A stretch of DNA of 64,000 nt from Macrostomum lignano (taxonomy: Eukaryota), in NCBI GenBank assembly GCA_002269645.1, contig NIVC01000230.1, positions 248,001-312,000 of the forward strand. The letters are read 5' to 3'. The notes below the pieces were generated by a model. The model did no database searches. It saw only the letters and a program-made list of their open reading frames with translations, and was not told where the DNA came from. A program made the translations under genes and the position numbers. Below, one piece after another: positions 1 through 12,749 of the stretch (position 1 is its first letter; the number at the start of each line of letters is the position of its first letter).

Positions 1-990
1 AAACTGGTTTGCTGAGTTTCGCCGAGGTCGAGAAAGCCTCGAAGATGAACATCGATCCGGGAGACCCTGTGACGCAGTGACTCCAGAAAATATCTGCGCT
101 GTGTCCAGCATGATTGCCGCTGACCGGCGAGTGACCTACCAGCAGATCCAGCAGGAGATCAGTATTGGATCGGGGAGTGTGCACGCCATTCTGCATGAAC
201 ACCTTGGAGTGCGGAAGCTGGCTTCCCGGTGGATCCCCCATCAGCTGTCTGACGTGCAGAAGGACACCAGGGTGGCTTGGTGCCGATTCATGCTGCAGAA
301 ATTCGAATCTGGGACCAGCCGGCGTATCTGGGACATCCTCACGGGCGATGAGACCTGGATTTATCAATACGACCCCGAAAGCAAGCGCCAGTCAGCCATG
401 TGGACCTTTGGAGACGAGGACAGCCCCACCAAGTTTCGACGCAGCCGGAGTGTCGGCAAGCAGATGGTGGCCTGTTTCTTCATGCGCACTGGGCATGTGG
501 CTTCCGTTTCACTTAAAGATCGCCAGACAGTCACCGCTGACTGGTACACAACGGTTTGCCTACCCAAAGTCTTTTCTGCTGTGAGCCAGAGGCGCCCAAG
601 GTGCAGAATGCGCGGGCAGCTTCTGCACCACAACACCAGTGCGCACACGGCGGCTCAAACTCTCGAGTTTCTGGCTGACTGTGGGGTCCAGCTGATGACT
701 CACCCTGCGTACAGTCCAGACCTGGCACCGTGCGACTTTTTTATTTCCGAAGTGCAAGGAGATTCTGAAGGGCCAGGTCTTTTCTTCACCGGAAGAAGCT
801 GTAAATGAGTTTAAAAACATCATCGAGGAGCTCCGCGATGAGGATTGGCGGCATTGCTTTGACAGCTGGTTTCACAGGATGCAAGCCTGTATCAATGCCG
901 GTGGAGAGTATTTTGAGCACTTGTAGTCGTTTTTTAGTTCATTTGTTGCTGTTTTCTTGTTCAGGCTAAGAACTTTCTGAGTGACCTTCG
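1..990 (+). mobile_element. Mariner-family DNA transposon, 3' part, defective
   Basis: Frame 2 from the window start reads WFAEFRRGRESLEDEHRSGRP...WIPHQL...TGDETW...YSPDLAPCDF (mariner WVPHEL and YSPDLAP motifs). Right end 971-990 is the reverse complement of CGAAGGTCACTCAGAAAGTT (typical mariner TIR start), followed by TA at 991-992. Confidence 0.93.
2..926 (+). pseudogene. Mariner transposase, 5'-truncated by window, frameshifted
   Basis: ORF 77-808 continues in another frame after the T-run at ~737-742 as PKCKEILKGQVFSSPEEAV...WFHRMQACINAGGEYFEHL*, TAG at 924-926. The second catalytic Asp is missing (LHHNTSAH versus consensus LHHDNA.AH). Confidence 0.88.
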
Positions 991-991
991 T

Positions 992-2560
992 ACTAGTGCA
1001 AGCGCAGCAAGTGCCTCTGATGGAATGCGCGGTTATAAATCTGCAGATTCGTCCGCGTGGGCTGTCATTTACGACATCAACAACGACAGAGGTGCGATAC
1101 TTAGCACCGATATTGTTGCACTTGACGATCGTTATGAGCAACCCACTGTTGGTTGTCGTATTGTCGTCGTGACAGCCAAAACAAAGACTGCTTCGGCCGC
1201 AAGATATGGCGCCACTATATGGAGTGGACCATACACTAGCATAGCTGCTGCGCAACGCGTCGCATCCGCGTCGGGCCCGTTGCAAACTAATAGTGCACCG
1301 AATCCTTGTGGTTCGTGTTGTACACTAACCAACCAATTGCGCTCGCAAGTTTCCATTGTGGACGAGCAACGTGCGTAACCGTAAAGAAACTATTGTTTTA
1401 CTGCGTAATTTCAATATCTTTGTATTGAATAACTAGTCATTAAATTATTCAATAACAGCAACTCTCGATATTTATCTGCACGCACTCTATCACAGGTGAC
1501 TTCAGTCGGGACGCCAAAATGCAGCAGGTTATGAGCGTGGTTGAGCACTGGTGTGAACGACTACTCAGTGCAGTACATGTTGCCAGACGCACAATCGGAG
1601 GCTCTGATAGTGTCAATGCAGAGTCTGCCGATCGGCAAGACTATTCTGGTCAGATTTTAATCGATGACGAATCTCGAGAAGGTGGTATATATGCCCACAG
1701 TAATTGGTCCACTGACCAGTCGGCGCAAATGAAGCAGACTATGGGTGCTGTGGAGGCTGCCGACGCTATTGTTACAATGCCGCCACGTGAAGTCAACCCC
1801 AACGCATTGGTTCGCCTGTCAAACGACGACGGCTTTAGGCAAATACTAATAGAGCCGAAAGACAAGCGCGAAATTGAGCAGCGAACGGAAGCCATTCGTT
1901 AACGAACAGGTCTCCGATATTGTTGCTACTTATTTAACGAGTTACTGACCAGCAGATCTGCTCAGCGTCAACCTCGTCGGCTTTTACAATTGATGCATGC
2001 GACCCAACCGGGATGATTGGTTGCAGTGTCCAAGGCAGCGTACGCTCGCAGATTGGGCCGTTGCGTCGTGGCGATGTTATTCTGTTGCGCCGACCGACAA
2101 TTTTTGCACCGCCCGGTCGTCCAGACAAACGCTCTGTCAATATTGTACCTAGTTACATCCTACACGTAATACGGGATGATGAGCTGCTGGCGTAGTTCCA
2201 TCCTGTATCGCTGCTCCCTACGGCTCGCTGATGTCTGTCTGGTGGGCTGGCTTTAATACACCGCCGATCGGCGGCAATCAAGTAACATCTTCCCCTCGCG
2301 CAGTCGGCATTTCGTGGACGCAACTGCACGACGACTCCATCCCAGCCCAAACGGATACTTTATATGACACGCCATTCACTTCGTCTCCAGTCTACGAGCA
2401 GCCGATCAACGAAAGCCAGTTGTTTCCGGATGACAACTATGCTACGAATGACAATTCTATCGACACAGCTGACGTTACCAGTGAACGGTCGTATAATATG
2501 GCAATGCCTGTCGGCGAACCGTCACTGTCTGTTAGAGCTAGACAATCGAGTGTGTATGTA
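992..2560 (+). pseudogene. Disrupted spliced gene with HROB/MCM8IP (DUF4539)-like OB-fold segment, nested antisense in an ERGIC1 intron
   Basis: Open frame from the mariner junction (992) to donor GTGCGT at 1371; intron 1371-1495 (cacAG) joins in phase to ORF 1519-1902. Segment ~1995-2190 reads ACDPTGMIGCSVQGSVRSQIGPLRRGDVILLRRPTIFAPP...SVNIVPSYILHVI, resembling the HROB OB fold (KDPTGEMQGTVH...GSVLLLKQIGVFSP...YLNVTPNNLVHIY). Frameshifts/stops near 1900-1985 and 2190. Confidence 0.45.
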
Positions 2561-3394
2561 CATTACTGTTTCTTTATAGCTGTGTATATTTCGGAGAAAC
2601 TGCCTTCCATCGCCATTTAATTTAACTTTAATAATGCAAAGTCGTTCCATTGTGCCGGCATATAATGCAAGCCCCCGTCGGTGGTCTCATTAATCGCCGT
2701 CCGCGCGCGCAACCCGATCTTTCAAACGTCTGGCTCATGCGTCGACCGCCGTCAGAGTCGCATCCGAGTACAGCAGGTCCGACCTCGCCAGCGAGTACAA
2801 CAGGTCGCAGTAGATCACCAATTCAGTAGTAGCAATTGGTAACCACAGTATAAGTAGGTCTACTTGTAACTGGACTCCCGAAACTCAGACGCATGCCACG
2901 CTGTTCTCCAGAAGTTTCCGTTCATGTTGAGCTACCGTTTAGTTTGTATAAGGCGCTTACAAATGACATCCCGCTGTTAAATATAGAGATGCTACTCAAA
3001 ATCTTGAAGCACCAACTTTTTATACGCTTCTTTCCTGCGAAATTTGATGTCAATGCCTTTCGGCTTTCTTTTGCATGGATTACCCGACTGTTACCTGGTC
3101 AGCGAATCCTGTTTGCCAGACAGGATAACAAACAAGATAACAAACAGGATAACACGAGGATTCGCATGAATTACCCGACTGTTACCTGGTCAATGAATCC
3201 TATTTGAATCTTGTTTGAAACAAGGAAACTTAAGATTTCGTCACGCAAACAGGATTCATACAAGATAACATTTTGCATAACCGGAATAGGGCATGTTATC
3301 TTGTTTATCTTGTGATGTTATCTGGTTTATTTACCAGAGGGAATATAAGTAGCTTATTAGTTAGTCAGTAAAACAAAAATTGGAATCGACTCAC

Positions 3395-3523
3395 CTGAGT
3401 CAGGAAGTGATAGAACGGCTTCTCGTGTTCCTTATATTTCACTACAACAGGCGCTGTCTCGTAGCGAAACCAAATGGCCGGCTTGCCGTAGGAAAAAGCG
3501 TGGTCATGGCCCGATGGCAGGAG
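3395..3523 (-). CDS. ERGIC1: ERGIC1 (ERGIC-32) coding exon 4; final exon lies outside the window
   Basis: ctgcAG|LLPSGHDHAFSYGKPAIWFRYETAPVVVKYKEHEKPFYHFLTQ|GTGAGT, phase 0/0; matches ERGIC1 PAIWFRYDLSPITVKY motif. Not in the ORF track. Confidence 0.92.
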
Positions 3524-3568
3524 CTGCAGTTTATCGTTTGGTTCTGGTTAGACTTCACGCCATTTGCT

Positions 3569-4383
3569 GTGGGAGCTCAGCTGCCATTTAATAACCTACA
3601 GTGAGAGCTCAGCTAGCATCCAATATCCTACAGTGGGAGCTCAGCTGCCATCAAATATCCTACAGTGGGAGCTCAGCTGCCATCCAATATCCTACAGTGT
3701 GAGCTCAGCTGCCATCCAATATCCTACAGTGTGAGCTCAGCTGCCATTTAATAACCTACAGTGAGAGCTCAGCTGCCATCAAATATCCTACAGTGGGAGC
3801 TCAGCTGCCATCCAATATCCTACAGTGTGAGCTCAGCTGCCATCCAATATCCTACAGTGTGAGCTCAGCTGCTATTTAATAACCTACAGTGAGAGCTCAG
3901 CTGCCATCAAATATCCTACAGTGGGAGCTCAGCTGCCATCAAATATCCTACAGTGGGAGCTCAGCTGCCATCCAATATCCTACAGTGTGAGCTCAGCTGC
4001 CATCCAATATCCTACAGTGTGAGCTCAGCTGCCATTTAATAACCTACAGTGAGAGCTCAGCTGCCATCAAATATCCTACAGTGGGAGCTCAGCTGCCATC
4101 CAATATCCTACAGTGTGAGCTCAGCTGCCATCCAATATCCTACAGTGTGAGCTCAGCTGCCATTTAATAACCTACAGTGAGCTCAGCTGCCATGAAATAT
4201 CCTACAGTGGGAGCTCAGCTGCCATCAAATATCCTACAGTGGGAGCTCAGCTGCCATCCAATATCCTACAGTGTGAGCTCAGCTGCCATTTAATAACCTA
4301 CAGTGAGAGCTCAGCTGCCATCCAATATCCTACAGTGGGAGCTCAGCTGCCATCAAATACCTACAGTGAGAGCTCAGCTGCCC
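3569..4383. repeat. 32-bp minisatellite filling ERGIC1 intron 3
   Basis: Unit GTGGGAGCTCAGCTGCCATCCAATATCCTACA, ~25 copies with recurring variants. Confidence 0.97.
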
Positions 4384-4425
4384 TCACAGAGGTACCTAAA
4401 GTCACCCCGGAGCATTCAGCCTCAC

Positions 4426-4948
4426 CCTGTACACAGACGTGAACTGATACGGAAACAGCCTGAAGGATGGTGCGTCAAATATCGAGGGCACAATTTTGAG
4501 AAAATAATCGTGCGAAATGCCTTCAGGCTTATCCGTCACGGACCGATTATCAAGCGGCGTGAACGAGGAAACCTCTTTGAAAGCGTGACGCAGCTGACTG
4601 TTAGCCGTACTACCGAAGGACAGAGTGTGAATCACGTGATCCAGACTGGGCACAGAAGCGGCTAAATCTTCGCTACTACTACTACTACTATCCTCGTCCG
4701 GAACAGTAGTAATATGAAAATTTCCAGAGATTTTAGCAACGCGAAATGAACTGCGCAATAGGCAGCCAACGCCGCTGGGCAACTTCTCTTTGATGTTGCT
4801 CAGCTGAAAACCCACATCTTGCCGGCCGAGATCGTCTTGAATAACCAATGCCAAACGGTTGCAAGGTATGTGCAGCACCGATATGTTGATGTACACGGGA
4901 ATAAATTCGTACGATTTTACTGGATCATCGATGTAGACTTCACTTTTG
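4426..4948 (-). CDS. ERGIC1: ERGIC1 coding exon 3 (COPII-coated ERV domain)
   Basis: ttttcctttgcAG acceptor and GTGAGG donor; encodes KSEVYIDDP...GCLLRSSFRVAKISGNFHI...HVIHTLSFG...SHDYFLKIVP...YQF, collinear with ERGIC1. Confidence 0.95.
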
Positions 4949-5017
4949 CTGCAAAGGAAAATCATAATTTTTGAACAATTGCCATTGAAATGAAAGTGTC
5001 AATAATTACAAACTTAC

Positions 5018-5152
5018 ATCTCAGTATCCAAATAGGAGCTAAACTCTGACAACAGCAGGTAAAGACAAAATGTAATAGTTGCTATGGAGATTATAGCACC
5101 AGTTCGAGTTGGTTGAGTCAGATCTTTAGGTATTTTCCGATAGATGTCGAAC
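5018..5152 (-). CDS. ERGIC1: ERGIC1 coding exon 2
   Basis: ttttgtAG|(R)FDIYRKIPKDLTQPTRTGAIISIATITFCLYLLLSEF...|GTAAGT; near-identical to the ERGIC1 N-terminal FDIYRKVPKDLTQPTYTGAIIS plus TM1; phases fit both neighbours. Confidence 0.95.
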
Positions 5153-5849
5153 CTACAAAATTAAATAGTAGTGACATAGTGTAAATCATTAAGTTAGTTG
5201 ATTTTTTTTAAACTGGTGTTCCACCATCATTACAGTTAGGGTTACAGTAAATTACAGGAGCAGCACTTTTCCAGCCATATTTTCATTATGGAGTACTGCT
5301 ATGGAAATTTTTAGCTTATGGCTATGGTTAGGGATTACACCAAATTTCCAGGCTTTGCCATATTGGTTATCCATAATGAAAATTGTTGTCATTGAGTATA
5401 AAATAAAAAATTAGAATTAAATGTTAAATATTAAATAAGCTGTTGACCAGTACACAAAATAAACTGAATTTTGTCTTTACTAATCTTTTAAATAAATATT
5501 TGTTAAATACAACTAACACTTTCTATGAAAATTCAAAAATGTTTTATTTGCTTGTCTAGTTGTCTTGCTTGTTATTGCTACACTTATGCTTTAATTACTA
5601 TGCTAATCTAATTTGTTCTGTCTTGTTTTTTTACATGTATTACAACTTTCTATACAAAAAAGCCATTTTTGTTATATTATAGCTATGGTTACAGCAAGTT
5701 ATAGACAGGAAAATTTGGCTATGGCTTATTTCTTACGGCTACTGTTATGGTTATGACAGTCGAAACTGGCGGCAACAGAACACTATTTAAAACTGAATTT
5801 GAACATTTTTTTACTTATTCATTTTGGGTACTATTTACCAGTGCGTATC

Positions 5850-8800
5850 ATGTGTAATGAGCCGCTAGTTTAATGTTAGTTTAATGTTAGTCAGCAGTTT
5901 CTCTTGTCTGCACCTTTGCCCTGGGTTGCTGTCTGCTGCTGGTTAGCTTCCCGTCTCCCTTTTGTCTGTCTGCTTGCTGCTCTCTTTCCCTTTTGCCATT
6001 TGTTTCCTATGCTCCTATTCTCAGCCTCTAGCTTCTCTGCTGTGGGTTGTCCTTGCTTTGTTCCAGTCCTATTTCCCGTCATGTGAGCAAGTCACATGAT
6101 AGGCCTTGTTTTCTTGGACTCCTAATGTGCTTGTTTACTATTTAAACATGTTTACTGCACTCACTGGTCCTATTTACAGGAGAATCACGTGCTTTGGGGC
6201 CCTTGCCTTCTCTAAGGTAAAGGGTGACTCATGTTTCTAAAAATAGATACTGGGTCATGAGGCCTTGTGCACTTTGCCTACAGACCCTGCCTTCTCTAAG
6301 GTAGAAGGTGACGTCAGTTCTAAAAGTAGACACTGAGTCACAGCCTGGCGCACTCTACCCGCAGACCTCAAGTGATGTCAGTTCTAAAAATAGAACAAGT
6401 CACAAGGTCTTGTGCACCAGAGATTCCCTCTTATAAATAGGAACCCTCTCTCCCTTGTTTCCATCAAGGAGTTTCTGAGTTCCAAGTTTTCCGAGACTTA
6501 GTCTTCTGCGAGTCTGAGATTGAATGCCTGTTCTCTATCTGCGTACATTGAGTTCTTTGCTTTTGGTCTGACCAAGACCCATCTAAATCAAAATCCCAAG
6601 CCAACGAGAGGCTAACATAGCCCTCCCATCAACCCACCAAGCCCAATAGGATCTACTGACGAGATGCCCTATACGTTGAGTTGCAAATCTGCACATTGTG
6701 CTGAGTACATTGACTTTGTTATTTTGTTCCAATGGGAAGCTCACCTCATAAAGGCCAAGACCTGAAGGAACTGGTGGCATCACTACCTACACTACTAAGA
6801 GCTAAGGAGACTTCCCACACAAGAGGCTCGAGACTTAAGGTAAACTAAGTGCCTAAACCAGGAAGCAGATAGTGTTCTACTTCAAATGCATGACAAATCA
6901 ACTTTATATTTGGCAGCTTGAATTTGCAGTCAGCATACATGCACAATTGCTGGCCGATCTCTAGCCACTATAAATTGTGGTAGACTAGGGGTAAGTTGCA
7001 AAAGTGCCCATCATAAAGAATAATGTAGTACTAATTAGATGATGAGGCACTTAGCCTTAATAAGACAGTCATAGTTATTCCTGCCATTTACTCAAAATTG
7101 CATTAATTTTGCTTTAGGGTTTCTTTCACAGGTAGGTCACATTTTTATTGGCAAACTTTGGCCTGAGTGCCATAGACAGCCCTTGGCTCTTTTGAAACTT
7201 CACAATAGCAATCTAGCATACTAAGGTTTGCATATTTTCTTAGCTTTCCTCTCTTTAACCACATCTTCTGTTTTCTTTAATCTCTCTTCCCCCTTCTTTT
7301 CTCTTTTTGCCTTTTTCTCCTTTTCTCTTTTCTCTTTTCCATTCTCTGGCCTGCAATCATGCTTTAGATCCTTTCTATCTGGCACTTGAGGTAAAAAAGC
7401 TTGACAACCCCAGCTCTAGTTGTACCAGTAACTTCATTCTCCTTTTTTGATTTTTCTATATTCCTTTGTTATGTCTTTGTTCTGTATAGATATAAGTTGC
7501 TTAAACTAGTTATACAACCTAATCTAGCTAACTAATTAAGTTATATTATAAATAATTGTTTTGTATTCATAGAAAAAAATACTGATTTGATTTGGCACAC
7601 ATTTTATAATTAGGCCTATGATGTAACCATGCTCTGGTTGTAGGATATGGCAGGTGACATTTTTCAAGACTACTTCCAATCTCCCATGCGCCTCCTAAGC
7701 AGAGTCTTCGAGACTAGGCCAGGTCTTTGACCAGGCCTGCTGACTCCCGCTCTGCTGCACCTCCCTTGCTGCCTTGGCTCCGTCTCCCATGCTGCCACAC
7801 ATGCCTTTCTGGAGCCCCTACCTTTCTTTGTACCTCATCTGCTACTCTATTTCCCATGCACTTTATCCTATCTATCATGTACTTTTTCCACTTAAATCTT
7901 TTTCTCTTTTTGAACTGTTTTTCTGCTCTGTCCCTCCCTCTTTTGGCATCTACTGACAGTACTTGTGCACTCACTGTCACCTCATCCCTACTAAAACTCC
8001 CAAATGGTGACGCAAGTCTTGTGACCCCTCTTTCCCCTTGATGACTCATCGATGACTAACCACCCCTTCTTGCGCAACCTTTTCTCATGCCATTGTTCGC
8101 CTTCCCAAATTTCTCATGCAACACTCACCCCACCTCCGCTTCTATTGTTTTTGTTTTTGATTATTTTGTTCTCCTCTTTGCACCCAATTATCACATTTTC
8201 AAGGATTTTCTCTTTCTTTTGTTCTCATTTTTGCACCCAATTAGCACCTTTTCTACAATGTTTACTTTTCTATTGTTCTCAATTCTCGCAATTATACCCG
8301 TTTTATATTTCTTTTGTTCTCAACCTTAGCCCCATTGTTCTCAATGTTTGCTTGTGCAACACTTTTGTGACCTCCCGCTGCAACAATTATCCCCCTACCC
8401 CTCTTTTGGTTTGCGAAATTTTCCCATTTCTCATGTTGCTATGCTGTTCTCATGCTTTTCATCATGACTCATTCTGATGTCATTCTGCTAGCAGCCAATC
8501 AGAGAGAGGGAGTCATAGAAACAACCTTGGAGTGGCAGCTGGGAAGGCTATATAAGGAAGTGGTTTTTGGCCTGAGAATCCTCAGAAGGCTTTTGTCTTG
8601 TCCCTATTGTGGACTTGCTGTCAGACCTCAATTTGACCTATGCGTCTATAGGACGAACCTCTGCCGGTCCGCAGTCTATTACCACCAAGTTATCTTTAGC
8701 TCCCCAAATGAGCTCATCTCCGGGTCTGCAGTCTATCACTGCCAATCATCTTTAGCATCGCCTGAACTACATCAGCGCCTTGTTGCTTCAGTGTATCGCC

Positions 8801-11800
8801 TCTTCACTGCCTGCTTAACTGCAGCCAATAGTTGCCCACAGTCCCTCTATCACTTTCTCTCTCTGTGCAGCCGCCAGTAAGTTCCTGTTACTAATTGTGC
8901 TCTGATTGCCTTGCTTATCCAGGGTTTGCCTATTTTCCATTGCTTAATTTGAAAGCTGAGCCAATTGTGATATATATAGTATCTATTGCTATATTTTACT
9001 CAATAGTGAAGCTGCTTTATTGCCTGATTATTCCCCCTAAGGGCCTAATTATTAACTATTACTAAACTTATAATTATTCACTCTTTCACTATCATTTCAC
9101 TTATGGCTTGCTAGGCCTTTCTCCTGGGGTGGCAAAACATAAGGAAGTTTGGGTAAGCTAATAGCCTCTCCCTATGCAAAGCCTGCCTATGTGTGTGTGC
9201 TGTGGGTCCACATATGCAGACAGTAGAGAGAATTAGCGAGTCTTGGCACAGAATGGCAGTAGAAAGGTTGCAACCCCATGCTGACGCGTCCCTTCACCCT
9301 GAGCAATTTAAACTAGAGTCAGTACATGTTTGCCTCACACTACTCTTAGTAATTAAGGCCACAAGTCAGCCTTGCTCATAGCCACAAAGGATCCCCTGCT
9401 GAGAAATCCTCCAGATTGAGCCCAGACTTCCCGATCATGCCCCAAACAGAGTCCCTGTACTTGGCTGCATGTGTTTCCCCTGTTAGCCTAAATTCCCTAG
9501 TAACCAATCCAGGCAGGGCTCTAGCCTCAAGAGGTCTAGTAATAAGATCTAGGTGTACCAGGTCACATAGAGTGATGGCAGCCACTCAGTCATGTTATAA
9601 CCAAGTGACCAACTATTGCACCTTGTCTACAGGTGGGGTCCATGTGGGTCCTTGGCCCTTTAGTCTCGAAAGCGCTACCAAAGCTATCAATCATGTGGGC
9701 AGGACAGTCTGGTGCTAGAGGTCTGTCAGGTCATTACCCAATCATAGGCAGCCTACGGTCATTGCCCCCTCTGGTCATGCATTTGTCTCCCAGCAAAACA
9801 GACAGGCAACAAGGGCAGTTATATCACTTAGTTTAATTAATATTAAAATAGTGTCTAAAAAATTAAAATAAAAAACTTAGGCTAAAACATACATGCTAAA
9901 AGAATAAATAGATGGGCCACTTAGAAAATTTGTCTGCCAGCTACTCTTAGTGTAGTAGTAAGTTAAATAGAAGCCTTTTAATGTATTTTAAAACCAAGGC
10001 TTATTTATGGCTCTTACCTCCCTAGCTTAAACCTCCTCCAACCACACCTTTCCACACAACCTCTGCCTTTGCTTTAATATATAAATAACAAATTTAAAAG
10101 TAGTCATTGTTATAAAAAATTCTTAACAAAATTGACTAGAGAATTTAATATCTTATTTTATATTATATTTGAAATATCTTATATCAAAAGCTAAGCAGAG
10201 TGCCAAGTAGAAGTTAGATAGGATTGACATCATTAGGCAAGATTAAGGTTGGAAATAAAAAAAATTCAAATTTGGGATCAGGATTAGGATTTAAGAATTG
10301 GGATCAGGATTAGGATTTAAGAATTGGGATCAATTCTTTCCATTTATTATACTTTGTTGGTTTATATAAAGTTGAACAAAGTTAAACAATGTTAAGATCA
10401 AAAGGTGAAACATTATAAAATAGCTTCAATATTTTGTAACTAGTTAAAAAACAACAATAAATACTATTTAAATTAAAATATATTTAAATAATTACTAATG
10501 CTACAAAGCTTTAATCAAAAGACCTACTTTTAAATCTTAGGGTCTAGATCCCAGTTTAATAGGAGTCTATTTTTCTTTGGAATCCTAAGATTTCAAGATT
10601 AGGATTGAGAATCTTAGGGATCCTATTTGACCAAACTTGCTTTATTGGCTAGGCAAGTTTGAAATGTATCTACTATAAATAGCTAAAAACTTAAATTCAA
10701 GACTAATTAGGGCTTATTAAAGATTAGGCCTATAATTAGATATAATTAAAAATTGAGAAAATTTGCATTGTTTTTATTTGTTTAACAATAATAGTTTAGC
10801 TTTGTTGCCTCAAAGTAAAAAAAAAATTAAAAATGCAAAATTGTATATTGACTTGATTTGATTACAACTAGGGCCTATTAGGCTTTTCATAATAAGATTT
10901 TCATATTGTTTATTCTGCTTTTAGAATTGGTTCCAGAACTGTGTTCTAGTTCTGGAATTGGGAGCAATAAATTTTATTGATCCATTGTCATGTTTATATT
11001 TTAATAGTAAAAATTGACATATTTGGAATTGTAATTTTTTTATTATTAGTATATAATTTTTAGTATATAGATGGCAATCTAGTGCAGCTCCCCTTTGGGG
11101 CACCCAATAAGCAAAGAGCAAAAATACTTCATGGAAAACAATTAAAAAAGCACTTTTCTTAAATACTGATTCCTTTTTCACTTTTAAAAAAAGCACCTTA
11201 TTCATGTGGAATTGTCATGGACAATGATATTTGCTATAAATCTTTTTTTCTAAAATTAATAAATCGACAACAAAATATAGCTTTCACAAAGATAATAGAC
11301 ATTCCCTCTAAACAGAAAATATTACCAAGACAGCAAGCATCCCTTTAGATAGTAAGCACCCCCTCCAAAAGTAAGCAACCACAGATAGCAAGCATCCCCT
11401 AATACTTGTAGCAAGCATCCGCCTATATAACAAGCATCTATAGATAGAAAGCATCCCCCAGATATTATTGAAGCATCCACCTACATAGCAAGCATCTGCA
11501 GATAGCAAGCATCTCCCAGATATTATAGAAGTATCTACCCAGATAGCATCCTGCAAATAGCGAGAATCCCTAAATAGCAAACATCCCTGGATAGAAAGAA
11601 TCCCATACATGTAGCCAAGCTTATCAAGCACAATAATCCTTTGTTTGCCAAGTGCAATAATTTTTGGTCTATCAAGTACAGTAATCCTTGGTTTATCAAG
11701 TGCAATAATCCTTGTCTTATCAAGTGCAGAAATCCTTGGTTTATCAAGCACATAAAAAGAAAATTTCACTACTTTTATACTCTTTATATATATACACTAC
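5850..11800. mobile_element. Old, heavily decayed repeat/TE graveyard inside ERGIC1 intron 1 (CpG-poor)
   Basis: No intact ORFs. LTR-like modules with tandem ~85-bp units plus TATA (~6200-6450) and CCAAT plus TATA (~8490-8560). ~6930-7130 is homologous to ~21890-22100. Degenerate 19-24-bp tandem repeats at 11330-11750. Element boundaries could not be resolved. Confidence 0.45.
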
Positions 11801-12027
11801 TTATATAACTGATTCAAACCCAGGTTGCTACATTAGCAGTCCAATCTGTTCAACTCTAGTTTAGCTTTCATTGAATTTATAAATGAAATTATAGCACTTA
11901 TAATTCAACACTCATACCAAGTCAATTGAGTAAAAATTACACAAAGCAGTTATGAGATAATCAATTTCTTAGGCAAGTCAGTACCAGTTTCTATTAAAGT
12001 TAGCAATGTGGTTACGCATTATAAATC

Positions 12028-12749
12028 CCCTATTGGAATAAGTGGTATTTTCGCGGATGGCGTCCGGCGCACTTTTTCTTTTTCCTCATAGTCATGGCGC
12101 ATGGCGCGCTACGCGCGCCATGCGCCATGACGCACAGCAGCTCACAGGTAAGATGCAAGGAGGACATCACGCGCTACATACAGCGCTGCTGAACAAGGAT
12201 GAGAAGCATGCACAGGAGAAAGTCAGCAGCCAAATTGGCTATTAACCGATTAGCCAAATTGAAGTAAAGGGTTTCAGTGTTCGTAATTATTTTAAGTACT
12301 CACTGATGCAATTGCCACACTATTTACATTATTTATTTTTCTTTGAATAGACCAACAATGTAACTTTGTAAGTCAAAAGACGAGTAGACTAAGAATTAAG
12401 AAAATAGAAATAGATACAACTACAACAGAAGGGGGCAGAAGTACAGTACAGAACAGAGTGCAGTAAAACACAAGTGCGGTAAAACACACAACTTTCTCTC
12501 AATCTCTTTAAATCTCTCAAAAACGAGTGATGCATCATCAGAATGAACATGATAGAGACTGGAGTCATGCACAATATCACCTAAACCTAGAGTGCTATGG
12601 CACCCTAGGATTTGAAGATTTGAATGACACATCGTCCATACCACCTTAGGATTTGAAGATTGTCATGACGCACCGTCCAGGCCACTTTATGATTGCCATG
12701 GCGCACTAGATGCACTGTCCACAGTGTCTGAAAACTTATTCCAATAGGG
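12028..12749. mobile_element. Non-autonomous TIR element (722 bp), 16-bp TIR, 8-bp TSD
   Basis: CCCTATTGGAATAAGT at 12028-12043 and its perfect inverse at 12734-12749; TATAAATC duplicated at 12020-12027 and 12750-12757. Confidence 0.88.

Noticed and set aside
9190-9600. Possible LINE RT remnant (ERLQPHADASLHPEQF) or tyrosine-recombinase-like GLNLEDFS stretch
   Set aside because: Each rests on one short motif and the diagnostic continuation (GFR, or SHSLR) is absent; left inside the unresolved decayed region.
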